From: Polaribacter sp.
Lineage (GTDB): Bacteria; Bacteroidota; Bacteroidia; Flavobacteriales; Flavobacteriaceae
Direction of reading: 5' to 3'
Assembly: GCA_965662295.1 (NCBI GenBank)
Contig: CBFIGS010000008.1
Location: 10,236 to 74,235, forward strand
DNA length: 64,000 nt
Shown here piece by piece: positions 9,916 through 20,481 of this stretch. The notes beneath the pieces are model-generated. The model worked only from the letters and a program-made list of their open reading frames with translations, did not search any database and had not been told where the DNA came from. Numbering within the stretch: the stretch's first letter is position 1; each line of letters opens with the position of its first letter. Both the position numbers and the translations under genes were made by a program.

Positions 9916-11883
9916 ATGAATAAATCATTACTTTTTTCTGTAATACTTACTCTTTTTACAGTAAACATATTGTTTTGTCAAAGACCTATGGAATTAGGTC
10001 AAAAACTTAACGGTTTTAATTCAAGAGGTAATAATCAAGATAACGCGAATCTTAATTCTGGAGAAGTCTCTGTAAAATTATCTGGAAAAACAAGTTATAC
10101 AGATTATAAAATTTTTTCTCATAAGAGAGATACTTCGTTTGTAGACACAACCCTAACCATTCAAAAAGACTACACCTTTAACTACCTAAGAACTGATAAT
10201 TTTGAATTATTAGCCTTTCATAATCAAGGGCAAACTTTTACAAATCTTGGCTATGATTTTAGCAACCTAAAATTATTTCCTGATATTGGTTTTACAGCAA
10301 AACAATTTAGCTACTTAGATATTGACGAAATAAAATATTACGAAGTCCCTACGACCACAACACAAATTACGTATAGAACTGGTTTGCAACAAGGTCAGGT
10401 TTTAGATGCCCTTTTTACGACCAACTTTTCTAGAAGATTAAATGTTTCGCTTTCCTACAAAGGCCTGAGATCTTTGGGTGCCTATAGGAGGTCTTTGGCG
10501 AGCAATGGAAATTTTAGAGGTGCTTTTCATTACAGAACTAAAAAGAATCAATATGAGATTCGTGGTCATTTGACAAGGCAAGATTTCTTTAATCAAGAAA
10601 ATGGTGGGCTACCAGAAAGTGAAATTGAAAAATTTCAAAGTGATGATGAAAATTTCACAACAAGAGCGAGATTGGATGTAAATTTAAATGATGCTGAAAA
10701 TCAATTTGATGGGAATAGGATATACATAGACCACAGCTATAAATTACTAGCAAGTAAAGACACCCTAAACAATAAGGATTTTAGTAATTTAAAAATTGGT
10801 CATGTTTTTACCAATGAAAAGAAGTCTTACCGTTTTTCTCAACCTTCAAATTCCCCTATTTTTGGAAATGTCTCAGCATCTGGGGCAACTCAAAATGATG
10901 CCACTCAAAAAATTTCTAACAACGAATTCAATTTAGAATTCAATTCTAAATATGTTTTAGGAAAATTGAAAGCGAAAATCAATTTTACAAATTATTCATA
11001 CGGGTATGATACCATTTTAAATACCAACAGCAATATTACCAAAACAACATTAGAAGGAAATGCCGTTTCTTTTGGAGCTGATTGGAATGCTACTATAAAA
11101 AACTTTCAATTAAATGCAACTGGAAATCTAACTCCTGGAAACGGAAATCTATCTGGAAACTATCTCAAAGGAGAGGCACTTTACAGAAAAAAGGATTTAT
11201 TTGAATTGAAAGGACATCTATTAATCAGTTCTAAATCTGCAAATTTTAACAAATTACTTCATCTAAGTAAATTTGATGATTACAATTGGCAAAATAATTT
11301 TAGTCCTGAAAATACAAGAGATCTGGGTTTTTCTTTTCGTTCTAAATGGATCAATACCTCCCTTAATTTTACCAATATTGACAACTATACTTATTTCGAT
11401 CAAAACAATCTGCCGCAACAATTTTCAAATCAAATTACCTATTTAAAAGTAAAAGCACATCGAGAATTTAAATACAAAAAGTTCGCGCTAGACAATACAT
11501 TGATGTTTCAAAATGTAAGTAGTGGAAGTTCTGTTTTTCGAGTTCCAGAAATGCTTACAAGAAACACCTTGTATTATCAAGATTATTGGTTTGAAGGCAA
11601 ACCAATGTTAGTGAATATTGGCGCTACTTTTAACTACTTTACAAAATACAAAGCAAATGCCTACAACCCCTTACTGGCTGAATTTACGCTTCAAAACACA
11701 CAAGAAATAGGCTTCCCCTCTGTAGATGTTTTCTTTAATGCACAAGTAAGAAGAACACGTTTGTATTTTAAAATTGACAATGTAACTTCTAAATTTACAG
11801 AAAAAAATTACTTTTCTGCGCCAAACTATCCTTACAGAGATTTTACCATTCGTTTTGGATTGGTCTGGAACTGGTTTATTTAA
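9916..11883 (+). CDS. Putative outer-membrane porin (Porin_10-like beta-barrel)
   Basis: Signal peptide from ATG 9916 (-7 box TACATTTG at 9891-9898); alternating beta-strand pattern; C-terminal YPYRDFTIRFGLVWNWF. Confidence 0.75.
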   Translation: MNKSLLFSVILTLFTVNILFCQRPMELGQKLNGFNSRGNNQDNANLNSGEVSVKLSGKTSYTDYKIFSHKRDTSFVDTTLTIQKDYTFNYLRTDNFELLAFHNQGQTFTNLGYDFSNLKLFPDIGFTAKQFSYLDIDEIKYYEVPTTTTQITYRTGLQQGQVLDALFTTNFSRRLNVSLSYKGLRSLGAYRRSLASNGNFRGAFHYRTKKNQYEIRGHLTRQDFFNQENGGLPESEIEKFQSDDENFTTRARLDVNLNDAENQFDGNRIYIDHSYKLLASKDTLNNKDFSNLKIGHVFTNEKKSYRFSQPSNSPIFGNVSASGATQNDATQKISNNEFNLEFNSKYVLGKLKAKINFTNYSYGYDTILNTNSNITKTTLEGNAVSFGADWNATIKNFQLNATGNLTPGNGNLSGNYLKGEALYRKKDLFELKGHLLISSKSANFNKLLHLSKFDDYNWQNNFSPENTRDLGFSFRSKWINTSLNFTNIDNYTYFDQNNLPQQFSNQITYLKVKAHREFKYKKFALDNTLMFQNVSSGSSVFRVPEMLTRNTLYYQDYWFEGKPMLVNIGATFNYFTKYKANAYNPLLAEFTLQNTQEIGFPSVDVFFNAQVRRTRLYFKIDNVTSKFTEKNYFSAPNYPYRDFTIRFGLVWNWFI

Positions 11884-11991
11884 AGTTTTTTATAAACACA
11901 AAGATTCAAAAAGCAGCTCTTTTTTAGAAGTGGTTAGACTTTAAAAACTACGGGCTTATTTTAACTTAAATGGAGTACAAAAAGAATTGTT

Positions 11992-13476
11992 TTACTTGGC
12001 TGCCAACTGCTTAATTTTGATTTTAAAAGCTGCAAAAATTAATGTCATAAAAGGACTTAACCAATTAAAAACGGCATAAATAGCATAGTCAAAAACAGCA
12101 ACTCCTAAAACTCCAGAATGATAAGCACCGCAGGTATTCCAAGGAATCAAAACAGAGGTTACTGTCCCTGAATCTTCTAAAGTTCTACTCAAGTTTTCGG
12201 GCGCTAAACCCTTATCTTCATAGGCTTTTAAATACATTTTTCCTGGAACTACAATGGCCATGTATTGGTCTGATGCTGTAAAATTTAATCCTATACAAGT
12301 AAAAACTGTACTTGAAAACAACCCGAAAATAGAATCAAAAAGCGTTAAAAGAAAAGCACTAATTTTAGCCAATGCTCCAATTGCATCCATAATACCTCCA
12401 AAAACCATAGCGCATAAGATGAGCCAAATTGTACCTAACATTTTAGACATTCCCCCCGCTGTAAATAAATCTGCTAGTGCTGCATTTTCTGTTGCTATGG
12501 ATGTTTTAACAGTGATTGCTTGCATGATTCCTTTATAAGCAGAAGAAAAAGTAAGTTCTTCAGTACCCGTAATTTGTGCCACAACTTCTGGTTGAAAGAG
12601 TAATGCAAAAATACCTCCTAAAATAGTACCTGCTAGTAATGCAACCAATGGAGGAGTTTTCTTAATGATTAAAAAGATAACGATTATTGGGACTAAAAAT
12701 AACCAAGGTGTGATCATAAAGGCCTTATTTATATCGGCTAATAAAACAACAGTATCCGCCTCGCCATTTGAATTTTGTGTAAACCCTATAATAATAAAAA
12801 AGATCAATGTAATTATAATAGTGGGCACGGTTGTGTAAGCCATATATTTTATGTGCGTAAAAAGATCTGCACCCGCCATTGCTGGTGCTAAATTTGTAGT
12901 ATCTGACATTGGTGACATTTTATCACCAAAATAAGCACCAGACAAAACAGCCCCTGCCGTCATTCCTAAAGAAATACCTAGAGCTTCTCCGATACCTACT
13001 AATGCAATACCTACGGTTGCTGAAGTTGTCCAAGAGCTTCCAGTTGCAATAGAAATAATAGCACAAATTATCAAACATGCCGCTAAAAATATTGTAGGAT
13101 TCAAGACTTGTAACCCATAATAAATCATAGCTGGAATAATACCACTAATCAACCAAGTACCTGCTAAAGCACCGACCATTAAAAGAATTAAAATTGCGCC
13201 GGCTGTAGATTTTATATTTTCTGCAACTTCATCAATCATCAATTTATATGAAACTTTATTTCTAAAACCTACAAGTGCCGCAACGGCACCACCTAAAAGT
13301 AAAACAAACTGATTACTACCACTCAAAGCATCATCCCCAAAAACAAAAACATTGTAGGCCAACATTATAACTAAAGCTAAAATAGGAAACAAAGCCTCCC
13401 AAATATTTAGCTCTTTGTTATCAATTATTTTCTGATCCTCTATGTTAACTTCTACTCGGTTTTTATCGTCTTGCAT
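11992..13476 (-). CDS. nhaC: Na+/H+ antiporter NhaC family
   Basis: Polytopic membrane protein with ATGSSWTT, GAYFGDKMSPMSDTTNLA, SRTLEDSGT, LIPWN. Confidence 0.92.
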   Translation of the reverse strand: MQDDKNRVEVNIEDQKIIDNKELNIWEALFPILALVIMLAYNVFVFGDDALSGSNQFVLLLGGAVAALVGFRNKVSYKLMIDEVAENIKSTAGAILILLMVGALAGTWLISGIIPAMIYYGLQVLNPTIFLAACLIICAIISIATGSSWTTSATVGIALVGIGEALGISLGMTAGAVLSGAYFGDKMSPMSDTTNLAPAMAGADLFTHIKYMAYTTVPTIIITLIFFIIIGFTQNSNGEADTVVLLADINKAFMITPWLFLVPIIVIFLIIKKTPPLVALLAGTILGGIFALLFQPEVVAQITGTEELTFSSAYKGIMQAITVKTSIATENAALADLFTAGGMSKMLGTIWLILCAMVFGGIMDAIGALAKISAFLLTLFDSIFGLFSSTVFTCIGLNFTASDQYMAIVVPGKMYLKAYEDKGLAPENLSRTLEDSGTVTSVLIPWNTCGAYHSGVLGVAVFDYAIYAVFNWLSPFMTLIFAAFKIKIKQLAAK

Positions 13477-13555
13477 TCTAAAAAATTTTGTTCTGTAATG
13501 TTACGCTTTTACCTACGGTTATGCAAATCAAAATAGTTGCCCTATTTTTGCACTC

Positions 13556-14578
13556 ATGGATTCGTTAACTCAACTTGTTTTAGGAGCTGCTTGTGGAGAA
13601 ATTGTGCTCGGTAAAAAAATTGGAAATAAGGCCTTATTATTTGGGGCCATTGGTGGTACAATACCAGATTTAGATGTTTTTGTCGGTCGGTTTTTGTTTG
13701 ATAATGAAATACAGGCAATGGCGTTTCATCGAGGAATCATGCATTCTATTTTATTTGCTTTTTTGGGGGCTTTTCTATTTGGCTGGAGCGCCTACAGACT
13801 CTATGACACTGGGAAAAGAAAGGGGAAAACAACACTGCAAAATTGGAGGTGGCTTTTCTTTTTAGCGATATTTACACACCCAATTTTAGATTGTTTTACG
13901 CCTTATGGCACCCAGCTATTTGCTCCATTCTCCGACTACAGAGTTGCTTTTAATACGATTGCTGTTGCAGATCCTTTCTATACAATGCCATTTTTGTTGT
14001 GTTTGATCATTATGATGTTCTATCAGAGGAATAAACAACAAAGGACTTGGTGGTTAAAAGCAGGAATTTATGTGAGTTCTGCCTATCTATTTTTTACGGT
14101 TGGAAATAAACTCTACATGGATTCGGTCTTTAAAAAATCATTTAAAAAAGCAGGGATTGCTTACAATCGTTTCTCTGCACAACCCACCATATTAAACTCT
14201 GTTTTATGGTATGCTGTTGCAGAAAGTGATACTCAGTACCATCTGACTTTTTATTCTTTATTAGATAAAAAACCCATTACAGAAAACATTATTAGTGTAA
14301 ACAAAAATCATTCGCTGATAGAGATGAACGATGAAAATTTAGAACTCTTATCGTGGTTTAGCAATGGTTATTTTAACCTCTCTAAACAAAAAGAAACAGA
14401 TACTTATACCTATGTAGATTTACGATATCCTATGCTAAACCCTGAGGATCAAAATTCAAGTGTTTTTAATTTTACGATCTATTACAAAGACAAGGAATGG
14501 GACATGCTTCCTTTTACTGGAACCGCTCCCCAAAAAGAGGATTTTACAAATTTCATAACTCGTTTGAAAGGAATTTAA
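13556..14578 (+). CDS. Inner-membrane metal-dependent hydrolase (YdjM-like)
   Basis: MDSLTQ start, GTIPDLD, HRGIMHS, THPILDCFTPYG motifs. Confidence 0.85.
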   Translation: MDSLTQLVLGAACGEIVLGKKIGNKALLFGAIGGTIPDLDVFVGRFLFDNEIQAMAFHRGIMHSILFAFLGAFLFGWSAYRLYDTGKRKGKTTLQNWRWLFFLAIFTHPILDCFTPYGTQLFAPFSDYRVAFNTIAVADPFYTMPFLLCLIIMMFYQRNKQQRTWWLKAGIYVSSAYLFFTVGNKLYMDSVFKKSFKKAGIAYNRFSAQPTILNSVLWYAVAESDTQYHLTFYSLLDKKPITENIISVNKNHSLIEMNDENLELLSWFSNGYFNLSKQKETDTYTYVDLRYPMLNPEDQNSSVFNFTIYYKDKEWDMLPFTGTAPQKEDFTNFITRLKGI

Positions 14579-14623
14579 ATCTATCTTCTACAATAGAATT
14601 GTACAACACAATAGAAGCTTTCA

Positions 14624-15823
14624 TTATAAAATGTCCAATTCTGTCATACAAGATTTCATCATTCCGTAGGTTCTCTCAATATCATTATCCAACCCAATAG
14701 AAAATCGAATTAACCCATTGGTTAAGCCCATTTCTTTTTGTTCTTCCTCTGAAATTTCTGAAGAAGTTGAGGTTCCAGGTGCACTAAAAAGTGTTTTATA
14801 AAATCCTAGACTAACCGCTAAATATCCAATATTTCTCTCCTGCATTGACTTCATTAGAGCATTCGCTTTCTCTAAAGAACCAACATCAATGGTTAACATG
14901 CCTCCAAATCCATAAGCAGTATTCATCATGGAGGTAAATAATTGATGAGAAGGATGAGATTCCAATCCTGGATACACTGTTTTTAATCCATCAGCTTCAA
15001 ATTTATGCGCCAAGAAAGAAGCATTGTAGCTGTGTTGTTTCATTCTGATAGGAAGCGTTCTCATATTTTTAAGAATCGAGGAAGCTCTTAGACTATCCAT
15101 GGTAGACCCCAACAACATGCTTGCGCCATTGTTTACATTTCGTAAATCATCGATAAACTCCTGCGCACCACAAGCGACTCCTCCAACAGCATCTGAGGTA
15201 CCATTTATAAATTTTGTAAGACTGTGACATACCACGTCTGCACCTAATTTCGCCGGAGAAATTGACAGGGGTGAAAAAGTATTATCTACCACTAATTTTA
15301 TATTATATTTCTTCGCCAAAGCAGATAAAGCTCTGATATCTGCAACTTCCAACAGAGGATTACTTACCGTCTCACAAAACAACACTATCGTGTTTTTTGT
15401 AATGGCTGCTTCTACTAAATCTACTTTTGTAATATCTACAAAAGTAGTTGCAATCCCCAGTCTTGGGGTGAAATTTTTTAAGAAGGCGTAAGTTCCTCCA
15501 TAGATGGTTCTGCTAGAAACAATGTGTTCTCCTGAACCAACTAACTGCAATAAAACAGGAGTAATAGCACCCATTCCTGAGGCAGAAACATTGGCTGATT
15601 CTGTGCCCTCCATAGCTGCTAAAGCCTCCCCTAAATATCCATTACTTGGGGTAGAATGACGTGAATACAAATAGCAACCCTCCGTATTCCCTTCAAAAGT
15701 ATCTAACATTGTTTTTGCCGACATAAAGGTATAGGTAGAAGTATCTGAAATGGAAGGGTTTACACCTCCAAATTCGCCAAAAAACTGTAAATCTTGGATA
15801 ACGTCTGCGGGTTTGAATTTCAT
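14624..15823 (-). CDS. Cys/Met metabolism PLP enzyme (methionine gamma-lyase / cystathionine lyase family)
   Basis: YLYSRH, SGMGAI, YGGTY, VDNTF, PLP-lysine HSLTKF, GLIRFSIG. Confidence 0.88.
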   Translation of the reverse strand: MKFKPADVIQDLQFFGEFGGVNPSISDTSTYTFMSAKTMLDTFEGNTEGCYLYSRHSTPSNGYLGEALAAMEGTESANVSASGMGAITPVLLQLVGSGEHIVSSRTIYGGTYAFLKNFTPRLGIATTFVDITKVDLVEAAITKNTIVLFCETVSNPLLEVADIRALSALAKKYNIKLVVDNTFSPLSISPAKLGADVVCHSLTKFINGTSDAVGGVACGAQEFIDDLRNVNNGASMLLGSTMDSLRASSILKNMRTLPIRMKQHSYNASFLAHKFEADGLKTVYPGLESHPSHQLFTSMMNTAYGFGGMLTIDVGSLEKANALMKSMQERNIGYLAVSLGFYKTLFSAPGTSTSSEISEEEQKEMGLTNGLIRFSIGLDNDIERTYGMMKSCMTELDIL

Positions 15824-15980
15824 AAGATATTGATTTTATGAATACAAAATAACAATATAAAAGAAAAATTATCAATCAAAATACATAAATACAGTTTATA
15901 AATCTAAAAAAATATGTATTTTTAGTTTTTAAAACTAAACAAACCCCTAATTAAATCAAATCTTAGAAAAATTTAAACAT

Positions 15981-16439
15981 ATGATCTTGGATGTTACAGA
16001 CAAAAAGCTCCTTAATTTATTGCAACAGGATAGCAAACAAACCACCAAACAACTCTCTTTACAATTAAACCTCTCAGTGACGGCTGTGTACGAGCGTATT
16101 AAAAAATTAGAGAAAGGAAAGGTCATTCAAAAGTATGTAGCAATCGTCAATAAGAATAAAATTGAAAAGTCTTTTTTGGTCTTTTGTCATATCAAGCTGA
16201 TGCAACATTCTAAAGATCATGTCACTACTTTTGAACGAGAAGTTTTAAAATTAGAAGAAGTCTCTGAGTGTTTTCATGTAAGTGGAGCCTATGATTATAT
16301 TTTAAAAGTATATGTAAAAGATATGGACGAATACCGAGAGTTTATGGTTAAAAAATTAACCGCTATAAAATATATTGGAAGCACACATAGTACTTTTGCC
16401 ATTGAACAAGTTAAAAACACGACTGAGATTCAAGTCTAA
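15981..16439 (+). CDS. Lrp/AsnC family transcriptional regulator, divergent from the PLP lyase
   Basis: N-terminal HTH (LLQQDSK...AVYERIKKLE), ECFHVSGAYDYILKV. Confidence 0.93.
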   Translation: MILDVTDKKLLNLLQQDSKQTTKQLSLQLNLSVTAVYERIKKLEKGKVIQKYVAIVNKNKIEKSFLVFCHIKLMQHSKDHVTTFEREVLKLEEVSECFHVSGAYDYILKVYVKDMDEYREFMVKKLTAIKYIGSTHSTFAIEQVKNTTEIQV

Positions 16440-16470
16440 AAAAATACAAAACAAAGGTTTTGGATTTTTA
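16440..16470. terminator. Bidirectional terminator, repeat copy A
   Basis: AAAAAtaCAAAAC-aaag-GTTTTGgaTTTTT between convergent lrp and DUF3857. Confidence 0.7.
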
Positions 16471-18423
16471 AATTCTTTCTATTTCTATAAAAGAATCTTG
16501 AACATTGATCAATTTTTTATAAAACTGCTTTAGGTAAAAGTACTCATCAGCAGAGTAGCTTTTTTTATTCAACGAATATTTTAAATATATATTGATCGTA
16601 TTCCCTATCTGACTTGTGTTAAAAATGATTTTACCCCCTTTGTTAGGCAATGCCACACCCATATTTTTGGGAAGCTTAGCAATTTTGTATGTTTCGGGAA
16701 TTATGAGCTTCATTAAATAGGTTTTGCTTCTCTCATACCCAAAATCAACAGGATAATCTCTTTTATTTAATTTAAACGGATTTACACCAATCCTGTCAAT
16801 TACAAAAGGGTTCAACCTTATCCTGCGACTCCCCATGACATCTGTTTCAATAGTTATTTTATATGATTCATTGAGTGCTTTGTCATTGTCATCTAAATTT
16901 TCCAATGCAACATCTTCCACTTCAATATTTGGATAGTTATTTTCAAAGTCTTCTAAAATATCATCCTCCGACAAGCCGTCAAATTCTACTCTTTTATGTA
17001 CAGCAAAATAACCTGTTCTTTTAATTGACAAATCCCCAACGAAGGAATCATCTTTAAGAAGCAAAGACAACCTAATTGTTTTGGATGTCTTTTGTCTTAG
17101 ATTAATCTGCTCCCAAAAACTTCCATTTTTAAAATCCATCACTCTTCCTTCTCCATTTAAACTCTCAGATTGGATAAAGCCGAATCCCAAATATTTATTT
17201 ACAGCATCTAAAAAGTAGATCTGATTATTAATTACAGCCCTCACAACCATATAATTAAACTCAGAGATTACCGGATGTAATTTTGTAGGAATTTCCCGAT
17301 CTCTTGTTGACAAGAGTACCAACTTACTCTCAATGTTTGCCGCCTGCAACGCAAAGTACAATGATAAATTAATCTCAAAAACACTTCCTAGTTTGTTTTT
17401 AAATGCTTTTTTAACCTCTACTTTTCTGTTAACCCCGTATTTTTCATTCCATGTATAATGGTTTTGTACCCTTTTATAAATTTGCTTTGCCCTCTCTAAG
17501 CTATTCTCAGAATTCAAACTTGCCTCACTTGATAGATTCTCTTTAAAATATCTCTTTTTTAAATATTGACCAGATAAAAAATACGTTTCCAATTTTTTAT
17601 CTACAGCTTTCCATGTTTTTGTATAATTGGTGACCTGTCCTCCAAAATGGGTTCGTGATATTAATTTAAAAGAGAGTCGAGACACATAATTGTCTAGACT
17701 CAACATATAGTCCTCCTTTTTAAATGCCGGAACAGCATCCATTCCATATTCTAAAACACCACAAGGGCCTGTTCCAATTCCTGGCAAGTAAAAACAACCA
17801 TTTTTCACACGAAAATTTTCTCTATGCAACTTTAAATTTCCCACAAGTCGAATATTATACTTAAAATTTCCTATGATAGCTGCTGTAAAATCACTTTTTA
17901 ACTTTGGGATATCAGATTGATATTTCCAATCATCTATTTGTGGATAAGGAGAGATTAATGAATACCGAAATTCAATCACACTCCCAACTTTTATATTTGG
18001 CAGGGTAAAGTAAGTTTCTTTCCATTTTCCAGACAAATCTTTTGTATAAATTTTATCCTTTTCCAAACTCGTTGTATGCATGACATTATTCTCAGTTAAA
18101 TTATTTGTTACCGCCTGAATATCATACACTTCTTGTTCATCATAAAACGGAATTTTAATAGTCGCTTTATCAAAACCAGTTGTCTTCAAAATTTTTATTC
18201 TAAAATAAAAATCGGTTGTAAATTTATATTTAAATTTATCTTTTTTATTCATGTAATAATTACCGTGTTCGTATAAAACGACGGCACGTGCAGTTGTATC
18301 CTTTTGATATACTTGCATCTTTAACTCCTCTATGGTTGTTTTGCCCATCGTTGTCGATTTCTTGCTTTGTCCAAAACAAAAAACAACAACAAAACTAAAG
18401 GCCAATACTAATTTTAACTTCAT
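16468..18423 (-). CDS. DUF3857 / transglutaminase-like exported protein (catalytic Cys and His apparently absent)
   Basis: Signal peptide, GSVIEFRY, WKYQSDIP, C-terminal PVDFGY and LPK segments typical of DUF3857/DUF3858 proteins. Confidence 0.82.
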   Translation of the reverse strand: MKLKLVLAFSFVVVFCFGQSKKSTTMGKTTIEELKMQVYQKDTTARAVVLYEHGNYYMNKKDKFKYKFTTDFYFRIKILKTTGFDKATIKIPFYDEQEVYDIQAVTNNLTENNVMHTTSLEKDKIYTKDLSGKWKETYFTLPNIKVGSVIEFRYSLISPYPQIDDWKYQSDIPKLKSDFTAAIIGNFKYNIRLVGNLKLHRENFRVKNGCFYLPGIGTGPCGVLEYGMDAVPAFKKEDYMLSLDNYVSRLSFKLISRTHFGGQVTNYTKTWKAVDKKLETYFLSGQYLKKRYFKENLSSEASLNSENSLERAKQIYKRVQNHYTWNEKYGVNRKVEVKKAFKNKLGSVFEINLSLYFALQAANIESKLVLLSTRDREIPTKLHPVISEFNYMVVRAVINNQIYFLDAVNKYLGFGFIQSESLNGEGRVMDFKNGSFWEQINLRQKTSKTIRLSLLLKDDSFVGDLSIKRTGYFAVHKRVEFDGLSEDDILEDFENNYPNIEVEDVALENLDDNDKALNESYKITIETDVMGSRRIRLNPFVIDRIGVNPFKLNKRDYPVDFGYERSKTYLMKLIIPETYKIAKLPKNMGVALPNKGGKIIFNTSQIGNTINIYLKYSLNKKSYSADEYFYLKQFYKKLINVQDSFIEIERI

Positions 18424-18464
18424 AACTTTTTTTTACTAGAATTGTATGTAATCTTGAGGCTTCG

Positions 18465-20387
18465 TTAAGTTTTTATCAATGCTATTCTTAAATTGTCATT
18501 CTTAGCAACTTTACGTCTAAAAGCTCTGTAAGTTTTATAATCCTCTTTAGGATATAATCCTTCTTTAATAAATAAAATACGCTTGTATTTTATGTGATGC
18601 TTGTCAATTTTATCAATTGAAATTTGATACATACCAAATTTATTGATGATGGACTTGTCTTCAAACAGAGCTTCTACTTGATATCCTTTTGGAATTTCAA
18701 TAATAGACTCATCTTCATCCTTATAACCTCTTGGAATTAGAAGGGGTAATTTCCGATTTCTATATCTTTTGGGTATAAAACTATTTTTATTAAAAAAATT
18801 GACCCTAAAAAGTATTTCTGCATCAGTAATAGTTGCATAATCTTCTATTGAAATTGAAAAATCTTCCGTAAAAATAACCTGCTCTTTATCATTTTTTAAT
18901 TTCACAGACTCAACTTCTAAATTGTTATTGTAGCTCCAAACCTCAGATTTATAAAGCTTAATTAATGTTTCTTTTGGATACCTATCGTAATTATGTCTAT
19001 TATAAAAATTCAATCCTTTTGATACCCTTTCTAAAGTTGCTTGTATGGTCCCTTTTTCGTCTAATCGAATCGTTGCTTTTGTGGTTTGTAAGTTTGTTTC
19101 ATTTTTATAAGAGGGTGTTCTTTTTATAATCCCTCCCTCTGGAGTTATAACAAGTACATCTCTATCATCAGTAAAATCTCCTAAAAAACCAAATGGAATG
19201 GTTTGATCGGTACATTCTAACCAGATGTCATTTCCTCCAGTAAGCTCAGAAGCAGGAATATTTAGTATAGCATGATTCCCTTGAAAAGTTACAAAATCTT
19301 TATCGATATTTCTTTTTTGTTTCGCATAAACCAGGGTGTAATAAGAGGTTATTCCAACTGCAGCTAACAATGCTTTTGTGTAATTTGTTAGTCCTTTACA
19401 GTCTCCATAACCTACTTTGTCAACTTTATTTGCAGCAATTGGTTGCCACCCCCCAATACCAATACTTACGTTAATATATCGTGTTTTATTTTGCACAAAC
19501 TCATAAACAAGTTTTGCTTTCTCTGTGGGATTATCTACATCTTTTACCAAGTCTTTTATTTTTGTAACCGTTGCTGGCTCTAAAATATCTCGTCCTGATA
19601 TTAAATAATCATTTTGCCATTTTCCAAATTCTTTCCAATTAGAAACATATCCTTTTACTCCTTTTAATGAAAAATCATTTGAAGCAACCATTAAATTAGG
19701 CATGAAATCTCTCGAAGGAATTGCATGTACTTCTGGTTTTATTGCTGGTTGATTTTCAAATATATAATGTAAATTAAATTCTGAAGATTTATCTTGAATA
19801 GGGTAATTCTTAAAATTTTTCTTTTTTGTTCTAACAATGATTTTTAAGGGATTATTCAGTTTGTACTGACTTTTTTCTATCCCAACATAATATCCTTTTA
19901 CAGGATACCATCTTGGAATAAAACCTGTAGTAGAGGTTTTATATTCCGATTCAAACACAACAGTGTAGGGATAAGCAACAGGAGTATACGTTACAGATTT
20001 AACTCTTGCATCTGAATATAAGGTTTCACCTCCTATGGCACTTACATCTGAAAATTTTCTTTTCGAATATTTTTTTATTTCCCTTCCTAAAGCATCATAA
20101 ATTTTAGCAGAAAGTTTTGTTAATTTAGTATCATTATTATACCCTTTTGCTATTCTTACGTATATATTTCCAAATTCATTTAGAACTGTTACAACTTTTT
20201 TTTCATACACAACCATTTTGTCGATTGCTTCAATAGTAATCTCTGTAGTACTATTTCTAATAACTGCATTAGCATTCTTTGTCAACTCATTGGAAATCAA
20301 AGCTGAAGCGTAAATATTTTCTTGGGAAAAAATTAAATTACAGGTAAATAATAATATTAGAAATAAAATTCTTGTAGGGTATTTCAT
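18465..20387 (-). CDS. DUF3857 / transglutaminase-like exported protein
   Basis: Signal peptide from ATG 20387; YEFVQNKTRY, GGWQP, YGDCKGL, NHAIL, WLECT. Confidence 0.85.
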   Translation of the reverse strand: MKYPTRILFLILLFTCNLIFSQENIYASALISNELTKNANAVIRNSTTEITIEAIDKMVVYEKKVVTVLNEFGNIYVRIAKGYNNDTKLTKLSAKIYDALGREIKKYSKRKFSDVSAIGGETLYSDARVKSVTYTPVAYPYTVVFESEYKTSTTGFIPRWYPVKGYYVGIEKSQYKLNNPLKIIVRTKKKNFKNYPIQDKSSEFNLHYIFENQPAIKPEVHAIPSRDFMPNLMVASNDFSLKGVKGYVSNWKEFGKWQNDYLISGRDILEPATVTKIKDLVKDVDNPTEKAKLVYEFVQNKTRYINVSIGIGGWQPIAANKVDKVGYGDCKGLTNYTKALLAAVGITSYYTLVYAKQKRNIDKDFVTFQGNHAILNIPASELTGGNDIWLECTDQTIPFGFLGDFTDDRDVLVITPEGGIIKRTPSYKNETNLQTTKATIRLDEKGTIQATLERVSKGLNFYNRHNYDRYPKETLIKLYKSEVWSYNNNLEVESVKLKNDKEQVIFTEDFSISIEDYATITDAEILFRVNFFNKNSFIPKRYRNRKLPLLIPRGYKDEDESIIEIPKGYQVEALFEDKSIINKFGMYQISIDKIDKHHIKYKRILFIKEGLYPKEDYKTYRAFRRKVAKNDNLRIALIKT

Positions 20388-20421
20388 GAAGTTTTTCTTT
20401 TTTATAGCACTGCAATATAAT

Positions 20422-20454
20422 AAAAAAACCCAAAACAAAGGTTTTGGGTTTTTT
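20422..20454 (-). terminator. Intrinsic terminator of the yceI-CDGSH unit, repeat copy B
   Basis: AAAAAACCCAAAAC-aaag-GTTTTGGGTTTTTT perfect 14-bp stem. Confidence 0.85.
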
Positions 20455-20481
20455 AAATTATTCTTTCAGTTTGATGGCAAG

